A stretch of 64,000 nt of DNA, taken from the NCBI GenBank assembly GCA_046732775.1, contig JBKPNP010000132.1:738-64737 (forward strand), given 5' to 3'. Below, piece by piece: positions 27,853 to 38,100 of the stretch. Both the position numbers and the translations under genes were made by a program. Positions within the stretch are counted from its first letter, which is position 1. Each line of letters starts with the position of its first letter. This DNA comes from Acidobacteriota bacterium. Lineage in GTDB: Bacteria > Acidobacteriota > Blastocatellia > Pyrinomonadales > Pyrinomonadaceae. The notes under the pieces are model-generated. The model did no database searches, was not told the origin of the DNA, and saw nothing but the letters and a program-made list of their open reading frames with translations.

Positions 27853-29421
27853 ATGGATTCGAAGGTTATGGATGCGGCAAAAGCTGCATTCCCCAAAGCA
27901 GACAACGCCGTAACACTTGGCGCAATTGTTCACAACGGCGAATGCGATCCGGAGCCCCTGGTTTCCATTCCCATCTCGATGGTCAACCGGCACGGACTCA
28001 TTGCGGGCGCAACTGGAACGGGAAAAACCCGCACACTCCAGCTGATTGCGGAACAGCTCTCGGCCGCTGGAGTTCCCGTCTTTGTGGCCGACATCAAGGG
28101 CGACCTCTCCGGACTTGGCACGCCGGGCCAATCGAATGATCGAATCACAACTCGAGCCAGGGAAACCGGATTCAACTGGCAGGCTTCAGGATTTCCTGTC
28201 GAATTCCTGAGTCTCACCGGAAAACATGGTGCGCAGCTTCGTGCGACGGTCTCATCGTTCGGACCGCTGCTTCTGTCGAAGGTTCTCGATCTCAACCCGA
28301 CGCAATCGAGTGTACTTTCTCTCGTATTCAAGTTCTGCGATGACAAAGGACTTCTGCTCCTGGATTTCTCCGATCTTCGTGCCGTGCTTCAGTATCTCAC
28401 TAACGAAGGAGCAGAAGAGCTCAAGTCATACGGCGGAATGTCAAAGGCAACAGTAGGTGTGCTGTTGCGTGAAATGGTCGAGCTCGAGCAGCAGGGTGCA
28501 GAGGATTTCTTCGGCGAGCCCGAGTTCGAGATCGAAGATCTCATGCAGGTCGAGCGAGATGGCCGCGGCTTGATCAGCGTGCTCGAGCTGGCAGATGTGC
28601 AGGACAAGCCGGCGCTATCGAGCACCTTCATGCTTTGGCTGCTCGCAACCATTTATCATCAGCTTCCGGAAGTCGGCGATGTGGACAAGCCCAAGCTCGC
28701 CTTCTTCTTCGATGAAGCGCACCTGCTGTTCGACAACGCAAGCAAAGCTTTGCTCGACGAAATTCAACAAGTCGTGCGTCTGGTGAGATCGAAAGGCATC
28801 GGTGTGTACTTCATCACACAAAACCCCAAAGACGTTCCCGATGAAGTGCTGGGCCAGCTCGGTCATCGGGTACAACATGCACTGCGCGCCTTCACTCCTG
28901 ATGATGACAAGGCGCTGCGCGCAGCAGCGAGAACGTTCCCGAAGACTTCGTTCTACGATGTTGAAGAAACATTGACGACACTGGGAATTGGTGAAGCCTT
29001 TGTCACAGTGCTGTCACCAAAGGGAGTTCCCACGCAGCCGTTCGCTGTTCGATTGATTCCCCCAGCGTCACTGATGGGGCCGCTGCCTGATCTCGATGCA
29101 CAGGTTGCGCGATCGACTCAGGTGAAGAAGTACGCGCAGGATATCGATCGCGAGAGCGCCCGGGAAAAACTTGCTGCGCGTGTTGTTCCGGGAGCTGCTC
29201 AACAAACTTCGCAGCAGCCTGCTGATTCAGGACAATCATATGCACCACCGCCGGCAGCACCTGCACAATCACGACGCACTACAAAAGAGCCACCGGGAAC
29301 ACTCGAGCAGATAATGAAATCTCCGGTGACACGCACCGTCGCTGGAGCTATCACACGCGGGCTGATGGGTGCCCTGCTCGGCTCGCCGCGACGACGCAGC
29401 AGTACACGAAGCCGGTGGTAA
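27853..29421 (+). CDS. HerA-like P-loop ATPase, DUF853/YjgR family
   Basis: Walker A GATGTGKT and Walker B-like LAFFFDEAH are present. 522 aa with a low-complexity C-terminal tail. Confidence 0.78.
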   Translation: MDSKVMDAAKAAFPKADNAVTLGAIVHNGECDPEPLVSIPISMVNRHGLIAGATGTGKTRTLQLIAEQLSAAGVPVFVADIKGDLSGLGTPGQSNDRITTRARETGFNWQASGFPVEFLSLTGKHGAQLRATVSSFGPLLLSKVLDLNPTQSSVLSLVFKFCDDKGLLLLDFSDLRAVLQYLTNEGAEELKSYGGMSKATVGVLLREMVELEQQGAEDFFGEPEFEIEDLMQVERDGRGLISVLELADVQDKPALSSTFMLWLLATIYHQLPEVGDVDKPKLAFFFDEAHLLFDNASKALLDEIQQVVRLVRSKGIGVYFITQNPKDVPDEVLGQLGHRVQHALRAFTPDDDKALRAAARTFPKTSFYDVEETLTTLGIGEAFVTVLSPKGVPTQPFAVRLIPPASLMGPLPDLDAQVARSTQVKKYAQDIDRESAREKLAARVVPGAAQQTSQQPADSGQSYAPPPAAPAQSRRTTKEPPGTLEQIMKSPVTRTVAGAITRGLMGALLGSPRRRSSTRSRW

Positions 29422-30048
29422 CTACTGCTCGATGAGGATCGCGCGAACGGGAGCCGCGTCGACGGACATCATCTTCACAGGAAATGCGATGAGCTGATAA
29501 GCGCCAACCGGCGCCCGGCGCAAATCGAGATTCTCCAGGATGAACGCATTCTGCTGGAACAGCATCTTGTGAACAGCGAGAGATTTGCTCTCGCGGCTAT
29601 CTACTGAAGGAGCATCCACACCAAGGAGCTTCATTCCCATGCCGAGGAGCTCTCGTGCGCACGATTCGGAAAGTGTCGGCCATGCAGCGGGAAATGTTCC
29701 GCCGGCAATGGAGCTGCCGGTTTTCAATATCAATCGTTCCGGGCGATACCTTGCCAGTCGTGGCACAATCTGATCGAACTCGATCTCCCCTTCGAGATTG
29801 CTGACGTCGATGACAATGGCCGGGCCATAAAACGCTTCCAGCGGCAGCTCATGTGATCCCGGCCATCCATCGCGCACATGCAGAGGCGCATCTGCATGTG
29901 TACCCACATGGGGACTCGATGTTATCGAAGAAAGGTTAACGCTCGATCCATTCGAGATTGTCGCAGTCCATCCACATGCCCATGGAGTATCTCCAGGCCA
30001 TTCGGGCGTGCCCGGCGAAACGCTGATGCTGATGTCGCGTAAGCGCAC
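29422..30048 (-). CDS. Cyclase family protein / arylformamidase-like (KynB fold)
   Basis: Metal motif HVGTHADAPLH is present. 208 aa. It abuts the convergent DUF853 gene with zero spacer. Confidence 0.75.
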   Translation of the reverse strand: MRLRDISISVSPGTPEWPGDTPWACGWTATISNGSSVNLSSITSSPHVGTHADAPLHVRDGWPGSHELPLEAFYGPAIVIDVSNLEGEIEFDQIVPRLARYRPERLILKTGSSIAGGTFPAAWPTLSESCARELLGMGMKLLGVDAPSVDSRESKSLAVHKMLFQQNAFILENLDLRRAPVGAYQLIAFPVKMMSVDAAPVRAILIEQ

Positions 30049-30051
30049 AAA

Positions 30052-32052
30052 TCAGCCGATGAGCTGCTTTGCTGTCTCGACTATCTTCGCCACAGTGAGC
30101 CCCAGGTGCTCGTAGATCTCCTTGTAGGGAGCAGATGCACCAAAGCGATGAAGACCGAGTGCAACACCATCGCTTCCAACCCACTTCTGCCACGACATCG
30201 GATGCGAAGCTTCGATCGAGATCCGCTTCACTCCCTTAGGCAATACACTCTCGCGATAACGTTCATCCTGCGCCGCAAAAAGCTCGTGGCTTGGCATACT
30301 CACAACGCGCGATCGAATTCCTTCGACGTTGAGTCTCGCCTGCGCTTCGATGATGAGCGCAACTTCAGATCCGCTCGACATCAGCACAACCTGCGGTGCA
30401 CCGCCCGGTGAATCGGACAGAACGTACGCTCCCTTTGCAACTCCACTCGCTGATGCGTACTTCGTTCGGTCAATGAAGCCAAGCTTCTGGCGAGTAAGAA
30501 CGAGCGCAACCGGACCGTGCTGCTTGAGTGCAGCTCGCCACGCTTCAGCAGTTTCGGATGCATCGGCCGGACGGATCAACGTGAAATCGGGAATTGCGCG
30601 CAGCGTGCTGAGCTGTTCGATGGGCTGATGTGTTGGTCCATCTTCTCCCAGCCCGATTGAATCGTGTGTGTATACGTAGACCACGTGACGATTCATGATT
30701 GCTGCGAGACGTACGGCAGGCCGCATGTAGTCGGAGAAAATCAGAAATGTTGCGCCATATGGAATGAACCCGCCGTGCACGGACATTCCATTCATCACCG
30801 CTCCCATTCCGTGCTCTCGAATTCCGAAATGAAAGTTTCGTCCGGAATGATCCGAAGGTCCGAAGCTCGGCGCTCCTTTTACAATAGTATTGGTCGATGA
30901 GGCGAGATCAGCTGAGCCGCCAACGAGCTCGGGGACTTTTGGCGCAATGGCGTTGAGCACAACTCCTGATGCAGCACGACTCGCAACACTTCCATTCTCT
31001 GCAGTGAACGTGGGGATCAGGGCTTCCCAACCATCGAGCAGCTCCCCGCGCAAACGTCGATCGAGCTCTCGAGCATCATCGGGGTGTGCGGCTTTGTACG
31101 CCTCGTATCGCTTCTGCCATTCACGCTCCAGATCCGCGCCACGTGGTGACATAGTCCGCCAGTGCTCGAGCGCTTCGGGCGCAACGTAAAACGGTTCCTG
31201 AGACGGATAACCGAGTGCTTCCTTCGTCAGCTTGATCTCATCGGCGCCGAGTGGTGATCCATGAGCTTCTGCGGTGTCGTGCTTGTTGGGACTGCCAAAA
31301 CCAATGTGAGATCGCACCACAATCAATGACGGCCGATCAGTTACCGCTTTTGCTGCAACGATCGCCTTGTCCAGTGCATCGAGATCGTTCGCATCGTCAA
31401 CACGCTGCACATGCCAGTGGTACGCCTCGAATCTTTTGGCGGTATCGTCGCTGAAAGTGAGATCGGTGTTTCCTTCGATCGTGATGTGATTGTCGTCGTA
31501 GAAACCGATCAGCTTGCCGAGCTTGAGATGCCCGGCGAAGGAAGACGCTTCATGAGAGATGCCTTCCATCATGTCGCCGTCACTTGCAATGAAATACGTG
31601 TGATGATCGATGATTGAATGATCAGGTCGATTGAAAATCGCTGCGAGCTGCGACTCAGCTATCGCCATTCCGACTGAATTGCCGACACCCTGGCCCAGCG
31701 GACCCGTCGTTGTCTCGACTCCCGGTGTGTAGCCGTATTCCGGATGGCCGGGTGTTCTGCTTTCCCACTGCCTGAAATGCTTGATGTCATCGAGCGACAG
31801 ATCGTATCCGGTGAGATAGAGCACGCTGTAGAGAAGCATCGATGCATGACCGGCTGAAAGCACAAAACGGTCACGGTCTATCCAGTCGGGATTCTTTGGA
31901 TTGTAGCGGAGATGCCGTGTCCACAGGACATATGCGAGCGGCGCGAGTGCCATTGGAGTTCCGGGATGGCCGGAGTCCGCTTTCTGCACCGCGTCCATAG
32001 CGAGAACTCGTATCGCATCAATGCAGAGCTGGTCGAGTTTTGAAGATTCCAT
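30052..32052 (-). CDS. tkt: Transketolase
   Basis: SGHPG, GDG...EG and [15 protein letters not shown] motifs are present. Start ATG 32052 ([17 protein letters not shown]) is preferred; ATG 32067 is the alternative. Confidence 0.95.
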   Translation of the reverse strand: MESSKLDQLCIDAIRVLAMDAVQKADSGHPGTPMALAPLAYVLWTRHLRYNPKNPDWIDRDRFVLSAGHASMLLYSVLYLTGYDLSLDDIKHFRQWESRTPGHPEYGYTPGVETTTGPLGQGVGNSVGMAIAESQLAAIFNRPDHSIIDHHTYFIASDGDMMEGISHEASSFAGHLKLGKLIGFYDDNHITIEGNTDLTFSDDTAKRFEAYHWHVQRVDDANDLDALDKAIVAAKAVTDRPSLIVVRSHIGFGSPNKHDTAEAHGSPLGADEIKLTKEALGYPSQEPFYVAPEALEHWRTMSPRGADLEREWQKRYEAYKAAHPDDARELDRRLRGELLDGWEALIPTFTAENGSVASRAASGVVLNAIAPKVPELVGGSADLASSTNTIVKGAPSFGPSDHSGRNFHFGIREHGMGAVMNGMSVHGGFIPYGATFLIFSDYMRPAVRLAAIMNRHVVYVYTHDSIGLGEDGPTHQPIEQLSTLRAIPDFTLIRPADASETAEAWRAALKQHGPVALVLTRQKLGFIDRTKYASASGVAKGAYVLSDSPGGAPQVVLMSSGSEVALIIEAQARLNVEGIRSRVVSMPSHELFAAQDERYRESVLPKGVKRISIEASHPMSWQKWVGSDGVALGLHRFGASAPYKEIYEHLGLTVAKIVETAKQLIG

Positions 32053-32059
32053 TTCTTGT

Positions 32060-33028
32060 TCAGGCATTAGGTCCGGGAATTTCCATGCGTGGCGGGCGAA
32101 TATTCGGGAGCAGCGCCTCGATTTCAAACCGGCGAGACTCGAGCCACTTTGGAAGTTTAAGAGATTGACCAAGCGATTCGGGCGATTCGTCTACAGTAAA
32201 TCCTGGAGGATCAGTAGCAATCTCGAATAGAACACCGCCCGGCTCACGAAAATAGATCGACTGGAAGTAATCACGATCTATTTGCGGAGTGACGTTAAAG
32301 CCCTCGTTAACGAGCTCGTCCCTGACGGCAAGCTGCGCGGCATCGTCGGGAGCGCGAAAAGCGACATGATGAACTGTTCCTGCCCCCATCGAGCCGGGCC
32401 ACAGGCCGGGTACACACCGAAGGTCGACGATCGACGCAGATCCCCGTCCTCTTGCGGCGTAACGGAAAATGCTGGCCTGCTCACGTACGGGCTCGAAACC
32501 GAGCGAATCAACAAGGAGCTTGCCTGTGAGATCACAGCTTTCCTGCCACAGGGTGACGGAATAGATGCCTCGAATGGAATGTTCCGGAGGCACAAGACGT
32601 CCTCCTCCTGCTGGTGCTGCTTCCGCACCAGGATGGGCAACCAGCTCACCCATGAATCCATCGGGATCCTTGAACGCGATCACACGCTCGTCGTCGAACC
32701 GCGTTTTCGGGTGCTCAAACTCAACGCGCTGTTTGATGAATCTTTCGATCCAGAAGCCAACCGAGCTGGGAAGGATGGAGAAAGCGGTTACGGCAACCTG
32801 CCCGGCTCCCTGGCGTCCACGACGTGATCCTGGCCAGGGAAAGAAAGTGAGAATGCTTCCCGGGGTTCCTTCGGCGTCGCCGAAATAGAAATGGTATGTC
32901 GTCGGGTCGTCGAAGTTCACCGTGCGCTTGACCAGCCGCATCCCGAGAACTCCCGCATAAAAATCGAGATTCTTCTGGGGATCGCTGGCAATCGCAGTCA
33001 CATGGTGGATGCCGGGTGAAACAAGCAT
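32060..33028 (-). CDS. Ring-cleaving dioxygenase / VOC (glyoxalase-bleomycin resistance) family, two-module
   Basis: [46 protein letters not shown] together with a second VOC repeat containing HHVAFRA. 322 aa. Confidence 0.78.
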   Translation of the reverse strand: MLVSPGIHHVTAIASDPQKNLDFYAGVLGMRLVKRTVNFDDPTTYHFYFGDAEGTPGSILTFFPWPGSRRGRQGAGQVAVTAFSILPSSVGFWIERFIKQRVEFEHPKTRFDDERVIAFKDPDGFMGELVAHPGAEAAPAGGGRLVPPEHSIRGIYSVTLWQESCDLTGKLLVDSLGFEPVREQASIFRYAARGRGSASIVDLRCVPGLWPGSMGAGTVHHVAFRAPDDAAQLAVRDELVNEGFNVTPQIDRDYFQSIYFREPGGVLFEIATDPPGFTVDESPESLGQSLKLPKWLESRRFEIEALLPNIRPPRMEIPGPNA

Positions 33029-33037
33029 CAGGAAAAC

Positions 33038-33181
33038 TTACTTGGTGCGCGGCTCTCCACGTTCACCACCGTATCCACTCTTGTGCTCGGTGGACGTCTT
33101 TTTGTTTGGATCGACAGCGTTGGGAGTTCCCGAATGCGTTTCTTCCGAGCGCTTAGCTGGGTCTTTGTCTTTGTTGTCCAT
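33038..33181 (-). CDS. Small hydrophilic protein (47 aa), not in ORF track
   Basis: ATG at 33181 lies 4 nt after AAGGA. Translation is MDNKDKDPAKRSEETHSGTPNAVDPNKKTSTEHKSGYGGERGEPRTK. It ends 9 nt upstream of the dioxygenase start on the same strand. Confidence 0.35.
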   Translation of the reverse strand: MDNKDKDPAKRSEETHSGTPNAVDPNKKTSTEHKSGYGGERGEPRTK

Positions 33182-33252
33182 CTGTTCCTTAGAATCTCTA
33201 TGCGTCATACATTAAGCCTCCGTAAAGGATGTCACTGGGCAATCGACATGCC

Positions 33253-33308
33253 TGAAACGAATGCTGAATACTGAATGCGGACCGAGCTGAATACTGAATG
33301 CTGAACCG
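33253..33308 (+). repeat. TGAATNC heptamer array containing two perfect 16-nt direct repeats (GCTGAATACTGAATGC)
   Basis: Copies at 33263-33278 and 33286-33301, 23 nt apart. It lies in the divergent promoter region, and the second copy contains the ATG at 33298. Confidence 0.85.
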
Positions 33309-34182
33309 ACCTGCACATTCGAGATTCAGGAGTCTAAGCGATCCGGAGACACTCGCGAGGTTTGCGCAAAACCTCGGCGAGGGCATCTATATCACCAACG
33401 AGAGTGGTGAGATTCTCGATGCGAATCCTGCGTTTCTCAAGATTTTCGGCGTGAGGAGCGTGGAAGAGCTGAAGAACTACAAAGTCAGCGACTTCGTCGA
33501 CGCTGAAGTCAGGAAAAAAGAAATGGCGCTGGTCGAGCGAGAAGGCTCAATTCGCGATCGTGAGCTGCAGATTACGCGGCCGGATGGCGGAGTTCGCACC
33601 GTCCTGGATACGTGGTATCTCAATACCGACCCGGAATCGAGTGAGCCGATCTTTCACGGCATTCTGGTCGACATAACTGCCCGGAAGAATCTCGAGACCC
33701 AGCTCGTAGAGCAGAGCATTCGCGATCCGCTCACCGGGTGCTACAACAGGAGACACCTGGCGACTCTCTACTCGAAGTCGCGCGCTGAAGAGGAACGATG
33801 GGGCTGCATCTACACCGACATAGATCACTTCAAGCAGTACAACGACGTGCATGGTCACGCCGCGGGTGATTCGATCCTCGTGAGGATGAGCCGGTTCCTC
33901 ATGCGAAACGTGAGGGCTGAAGAGCCTGTTGTGAGAATGGGCGGCGACGAATTCCTGATTGCTCTCTTCGATACGGATCTCGCCGAGACTGAGGCGGTCG
34001 CGCGGCGTCTGGAGAAGGCGGCGGAAACGAGAGGCCCTGTTTCCTTCTCGCTCGGGTGGGCGGCAAGGGAGAACGGCGAATCGCTCGAAGACACGGTAAA
34101 CAGGGCCGACCGTCAGCTGATCCAGGTGAGGGTCGTCAACCGCCCGGAAGCCTACACGAGGCGAACGCCGGAAAAAGAATAG
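33298..34182 (+). CDS. PAS domain diguanylate cyclase (GGDEF)
   Basis: PAS-like segment GIYITNESGEILDANPAFLKIFG; GGDEF domain with DPLTGCYNRRH and RMGGDEFLIALF. No RxxD I-site is seen five residues upstream of GGDEF. Confidence 0.88.
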   Translation: MLNRPAHSRFRSLSDPETLARFAQNLGEGIYITNESGEILDANPAFLKIFGVRSVEELKNYKVSDFVDAEVRKKEMALVEREGSIRDRELQITRPDGGVRTVLDTWYLNTDPESSEPIFHGILVDITARKNLETQLVEQSIRDPLTGCYNRRHLATLYSKSRAEEERWGCIYTDIDHFKQYNDVHGHAAGDSILVRMSRFLMRNVRAEEPVVRMGGDEFLIALFDTDLAETEAVARRLEKAAETRGPVSFSLGWAARENGESLEDTVNRADRQLIQVRVVNRPEAYTRRTPEKE

Positions 34183-34242
34183 CCCAGGTGTGCAAGCCGG
34201 AGCGCCGGCAGCGTCTCAAGGGTATCAGAACCCGAGGCTCAA

Positions 34243-36462
34243 ATGCGCTCCTTGTTGATTTCACTCGTTTCGCTGCTCGTTCTGCCTTCGTTAGCCGAAG
34301 CGCAGGGTACGCTCATCCCCCGTCCATGTGTGATGCGTCCCTGTCCGATGGACGCTCCATGTTTTCCGTGCCCTCAGCAGAATGCATCGATCTTCAAACA
34401 GTCGAGTCATGTAAAAGCTGACCTGGTAGATCGAGTGCTTCGCTATGAGGTCACTGAGACGTTCGTAAATCGAGGCGGACGAGTTGGCGAAGCCGATTAC
34501 ATCTTCCCTCTTCCCAGGGGCGCCGCGTTTCAGGACCTGAAGCTTTCCATTGACGGCCAGCTCATCTCCGGCGAAACGATGAACGCGTCGCAGGCGCGAG
34601 CCATCTATGAGGACATCGTACGACGACAGCGTGATCCGGCACTCGTGGAGTGGATGGGATACGGAATGTTGCGCGCGAGAATATTTCCAATCGCACCCGG
34701 TGAGGAAAAGAAAGTAGTCGTTCGTTTTCAGATGGTTGCAGAGCGGGAAGGCGATGCGTTGAGAGTCGACTATTTCCAGGGGAAGGAGAGCCAGCAGAAC
34801 TGGCTTGCGTTTGCGGGTAACCGTGATGACGCCGATCGTCCGCGTGCGTCGTTCACGCTGACGTATCCGTCGGACGAGATATATGGGCGCCCATATAGTC
34901 CAACGCATTCTCTTTCAACGAATACGCGCGGCGGCCGACGCGAAGTTAGAGCGGAAGGAAGTGCGAGCGAGGTAACGCTGCTTATTCCGATAAGGAAGAG
35001 CAATGAGCCGGCGATCTCGGTTCTCACGTACGCGCCGCGGAATGAAGACGGTTTCGCATTGATCACTCTATCGCCCCCGTCAGTTGCGACACGTGTTACT
35101 CCGCGCGACGTCACTCTCGTGCTTGACGTTTCCGGCTCGATGTCGGGAGTGAAGATTCGTCAGGCGCGTGACGCGGGAAAACAGGTGCTCGCAACGCTCA
35201 ATCCCTCGGACAGGTTCAAGCTCATCGATTTCTCGACTGAGGTTAGAACATTCCGCGATGACTTTGTGCGCGCAACGCGGGAAAATGTTGCTGAAGGTTC
35301 GCGATATCTCGAATCGCTCGATGCGTCGGGGTCGACGAATATCTCGGGAGCACTGGATGCTGCCCTCGAGGGGGATACTCCTTCCGGTCGATTAGGTCTC
35401 GTTCTCTTCGTTACCGACGGCGAGCCGACAATAGGAGAGAGAAATCCGGAATCGATCGCGAGCAGAGTCAACAGGCTTAGAGGAGATCGCAGAATCTTTT
35501 CGTTCGGAGTTGGTGCAGACCTGAATGCAGCACTCGTCGAGAGACTTGCTGTGGAAGGAAAGGGAACTGCGCAGTTCGTTCGTCCGGATGAATCAGTCGA
35601 GCGTGCAGTGTCTATAGTCGCGAGCAGACTCACCAATCCAGTGATAACTAACGTGCGTGTATCAGCAGATGGGGTGCGCTTGCTCAAGCGTCACCCATCG
35701 GAAGCGATGGACATTTTCGCCGGACAGGACTACGTGCTTCTCGCGCGATATGATGGAAGCGGCTCGGCGCGATTACGCTTTGAAGGACAGACTGCAAGTG
35801 GACCCGTCTCGTGGACGTCGCGCGTCGAATTTCCCGAGTCATCACGGGAGAATCCGTACATTGCCCGACTCTGGGCTACTCAGCGTATCGGATATCTAAG
35901 TGCCGAGAAGAGAAAAGGTGGAAACTCACGCGAGATCGATGACGAGATCAAACAGCTCGGCGAGAAGTACGCGATCCCAACGGAGTTCACATCGTATCTG
36001 GTAGTCGAGCCGGGAATGCGAAGGAATATCCAGTTGCAAGGGGTGGTAACGGGCGTGGCAACTGCAGCGATATCTCCGCCACAAGCTGCACCGAAGGCCG
36101 TGGCCGAATTCGAGGCTGCACGCGATGCGTCGAAGCAGAGAGCGGCAATAAATCTCAATGCAGCCGACGAGATCAATCAGCTGAAGAAGGAGAATATCCG
36201 TCGGGTTGGAGCCAGGGTATTTGCTCTCCGAGGGGAAACATGGACAGACTTACGCAGGGCTGAATCGACACGAGTGGTCAAGGTGAAATCATTCTCAGAG
36301 GCATACTTCAAGATCATCGATGCGATTCCGGAGCTGCGAGAAGTATTTGCACTCGGCGACAAGGTGCTTGTAACAGGTCGCGATGTTGCGATCGAGATCG
36401 GATCAACAGGAATGGATACAATCAGCGATTCAGAGCTGAAGCGAATCCAGTCGGGATGGTAA
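34243..36462 (+). CDS. Secreted VIT domain plus von Willebrand factor A domain protein
   Basis: A signal peptide is present. The N-terminal VIT-like region reads VLRYEVTETFVNRGGRVGEADYIFPLP...LKLSIDG. The vWA MIDAS motif is VTLVLDVSGSMSG, followed by FVTDGEPT. 739 aa. Confidence 0.8.
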   Translation: MRSLLISLVSLLVLPSLAEAQGTLIPRPCVMRPCPMDAPCFPCPQQNASIFKQSSHVKADLVDRVLRYEVTETFVNRGGRVGEADYIFPLPRGAAFQDLKLSIDGQLISGETMNASQARAIYEDIVRRQRDPALVEWMGYGMLRARIFPIAPGEEKKVVVRFQMVAEREGDALRVDYFQGKESQQNWLAFAGNRDDADRPRASFTLTYPSDEIYGRPYSPTHSLSTNTRGGRREVRAEGSASEVTLLIPIRKSNEPAISVLTYAPRNEDGFALITLSPPSVATRVTPRDVTLVLDVSGSMSGVKIRQARDAGKQVLATLNPSDRFKLIDFSTEVRTFRDDFVRATRENVAEGSRYLESLDASGSTNISGALDAALEGDTPSGRLGLVLFVTDGEPTIGERNPESIASRVNRLRGDRRIFSFGVGADLNAALVERLAVEGKGTAQFVRPDESVERAVSIVASRLTNPVITNVRVSADGVRLLKRHPSEAMDIFAGQDYVLLARYDGSGSARLRFEGQTASGPVSWTSRVEFPESSRENPYIARLWATQRIGYLSAEKRKGGNSREIDDEIKQLGEKYAIPTEFTSYLVVEPGMRRNIQLQGVVTGVATAAISPPQAAPKAVAEFEAARDASKQRAAINLNAADEINQLKKENIRRVGARVFALRGETWTDLRRAESTRVVKVKSFSEAYFKIIDAIPELREVFALGDKVLVTGRDVAIEIGSTGMDTISDSELKRIQSGW

Positions 36463-36466
36463 TGGA

Positions 36467-36985
36467 TTGACGGACGTCGAGCGTCTCTTTCGAACTTACA
36501 ATGCCGCGTTAGTGAGATACCTGACGCGGCGGCTCGGCGACCGCGACTGGGCTGAAGAGGTGGCGCAGGAAACGTTCGTCCGCGCGCTCCGGCAGGACAA
36601 CATCACCAACGAAAGGGCGTGGCTCTTTGCAGTCGCGACAAACCTGGTGAGAGACGAAGCGAGAAAAGATGCACGGCGCCGACAACATCTCGCACTGCTT
36701 GCAAGAGAAGAGCGGGAAAGGGAAGAGCAAATTGAGCCGACGACGATCGAGCAAGCGCAGGAAGCCGCGTTTGCACGAAAGGCAGTGGATGCGCTCGCGG
36801 AGCGAGACCGGCTTGCACTTCTAATGAAAGAAGAGGGGCTCGACTACGGTGAAATAGCTGAAGCACTCGAGCTTTCTCCAGGATCAGTTGGAACTACACT
36901 TTCGCGTGCGCGACGGCGTCTCGTCGAGACATATGAGGCACTGCAGCGTGAGCGCGAAATGAGGGAAAAGAATGCAGCATCCTGA
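36467..36985 (+). CDS. ECF-type RNA polymerase sigma factor
   Basis: Region 2 WAEEVAQETFVRAL and region 4 DYGEIAEALELSPGSVGTTLSRARRRL are present. The TTG start lies 4 nt after the VIT-vWA stop. Confidence 0.85.
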   Translation: MTDVERLFRTYNAALVRYLTRRLGDRDWAEEVAQETFVRALRQDNITNERAWLFAVATNLVRDEARKDARRRQHLALLAREEREREEQIEPTTIEQAQEAAFARKAVDALAERDRLALLMKEEGLDYGEIAEALELSPGSVGTTLSRARRRLVETYEALQREREMREKNAAS

Positions 36986-38018
36986 CGAAGGAACAATTCA
37001 CGCGTGGATCGATGGCGAACTTTCGCCTGACGATTCAACAGCGCTCGAGGCCCATCTCGCTGAATGCGCTGAATGTTCAGCGCTTGCGGCAGAGGCGAGA
37101 GGTCTCGTTGCAGCATCGTCGCGGATAGTCAGTGCGCTCGACATAATCCCGGGAGATGTCATACCGAAAGCTGCGCCACGCAGTCGAGCCTGGTATGCAA
37201 GTACACAACTCCGCGCGGCAGCAGCCGTTGTAATTGTTGCAAGTGCGTCGTTACTCGTAGCTCGAAATGGCGAAGTAAAAAAAATGGAGCGAGCAGTTCA
37301 GATGAGTACGCCAGCTCGAGTTGCGGCTCCTGAATCCGGGGCGATGCTTGATAGCGCAGCGAACGAAATAGCTGCTCCGGTTCCCACTTCCGTTCCTGCT
37401 TCTGCAGCCGCTGCAACACCACCGAAAAACGTGCCTGAAAAAGCCCTGGAGGGAAAAGTTGCAGGAGTGAAAGGGCTCGAGCTAAGGAAGGAAGCAGCGA
37501 ATGATGCGATCAAAGCCGTTGCAGCACCGCCATCTTCTCCGGCAACTCAATCGAGCGGCGCGCATGTGATTGCCGATCAGATAGCTGGCCCCAGACCCGA
37601 AGCAGCTCGCGACTCAGTGCGCGACTCGCTTGCACAGCGACGCCGTTTTACCGCAAGCCCACAGCTCGACCAGGTCGTGGTTACAGGAGTTGCTACGTCA
37701 TCCGCACCGATGCCGATGAAGAAGCTCCGAGCCGACAGTGCAGGCAACGTGACCATCTATGAAGTATCGCCAGGGGTTGAGGTGACCCTCACTGATAACG
37801 GCATTCGTGCGGTTGCAATGCTGCGTGCATCAGCACAGGCCAAGGAAAAGCAAATGGCTGCACAGGCACCGCCACCGTCCGTCGTCTCGGCTCCCAAGGC
37901 GGCGCTCAATTCAATTTCGTGGACCGATAACCGTGGCCACCAGATGGTATTGACCGGGCCGTTCTCCAAAGATGTCCTGGAAGGCCTTCGACAGCGTCTG
38001 CCAGCAGACCAACGCTGA
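36972..38018 (+). CDS. Anti-sigma factor, zf-HC2 type, single-pass with ~230-aa extracytoplasmic region
   Basis: IHAWIDGELSPDDSTALEAHLAECAECSALAAEA; TM helix AAAAVVIVASASLLVA. It overlaps the sigma gene 3' end by 14 nt. Confidence 0.75.
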   Translation: MQHPDEGTIHAWIDGELSPDDSTALEAHLAECAECSALAAEARGLVAASSRIVSALDIIPGDVIPKAAPRSRAWYASTQLRAAAAVVIVASASLLVARNGEVKKMERAVQMSTPARVAAPESGAMLDSAANEIAAPVPTSVPASAAAATPPKNVPEKALEGKVAGVKGLELRKEAANDAIKAVAAPPSSPATQSSGAHVIADQIAGPRPEAARDSVRDSLAQRRRFTASPQLDQVVVTGVATSSAPMPMKKLRADSAGNVTIYEVSPGVEVTLTDNGIRAVAMLRASAQAKEKQMAAQAPPPSVVSAPKAALNSISWTDNRGHQMVLTGPFSKDVLEGLRQRLPADQR

Positions 38019-38100
38019 CCGCTGGCGCGACATTCGCACGCCAATCAATTTCCGAAGACGCAGTAATCACAACCCCTTCCCCCGCAATCGCGGAGACAGC

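Noticed and set aside
27853-29421. HerA-like ATPase as part of a defence system (HerA-Sir2, HerA-DUF4297 or NurA-type).
   Set aside because: It has no nuclease, Sir2 or other effector partner. The flanking genes are a divergent FAD/Rieske oxidoreductase and a convergent cyclase. The sequence looks like the widespread stand-alone DUF853/YjgR type.
29422-30048. Kynurenine pathway, based on the KynB-like formamidase.
   Set aside because: No tryptophan 2,3-dioxygenase or kynureninase gene is in the window. The HxGTHxDxPxH motif defines the broader cyclase family, so only a generic call is justified.
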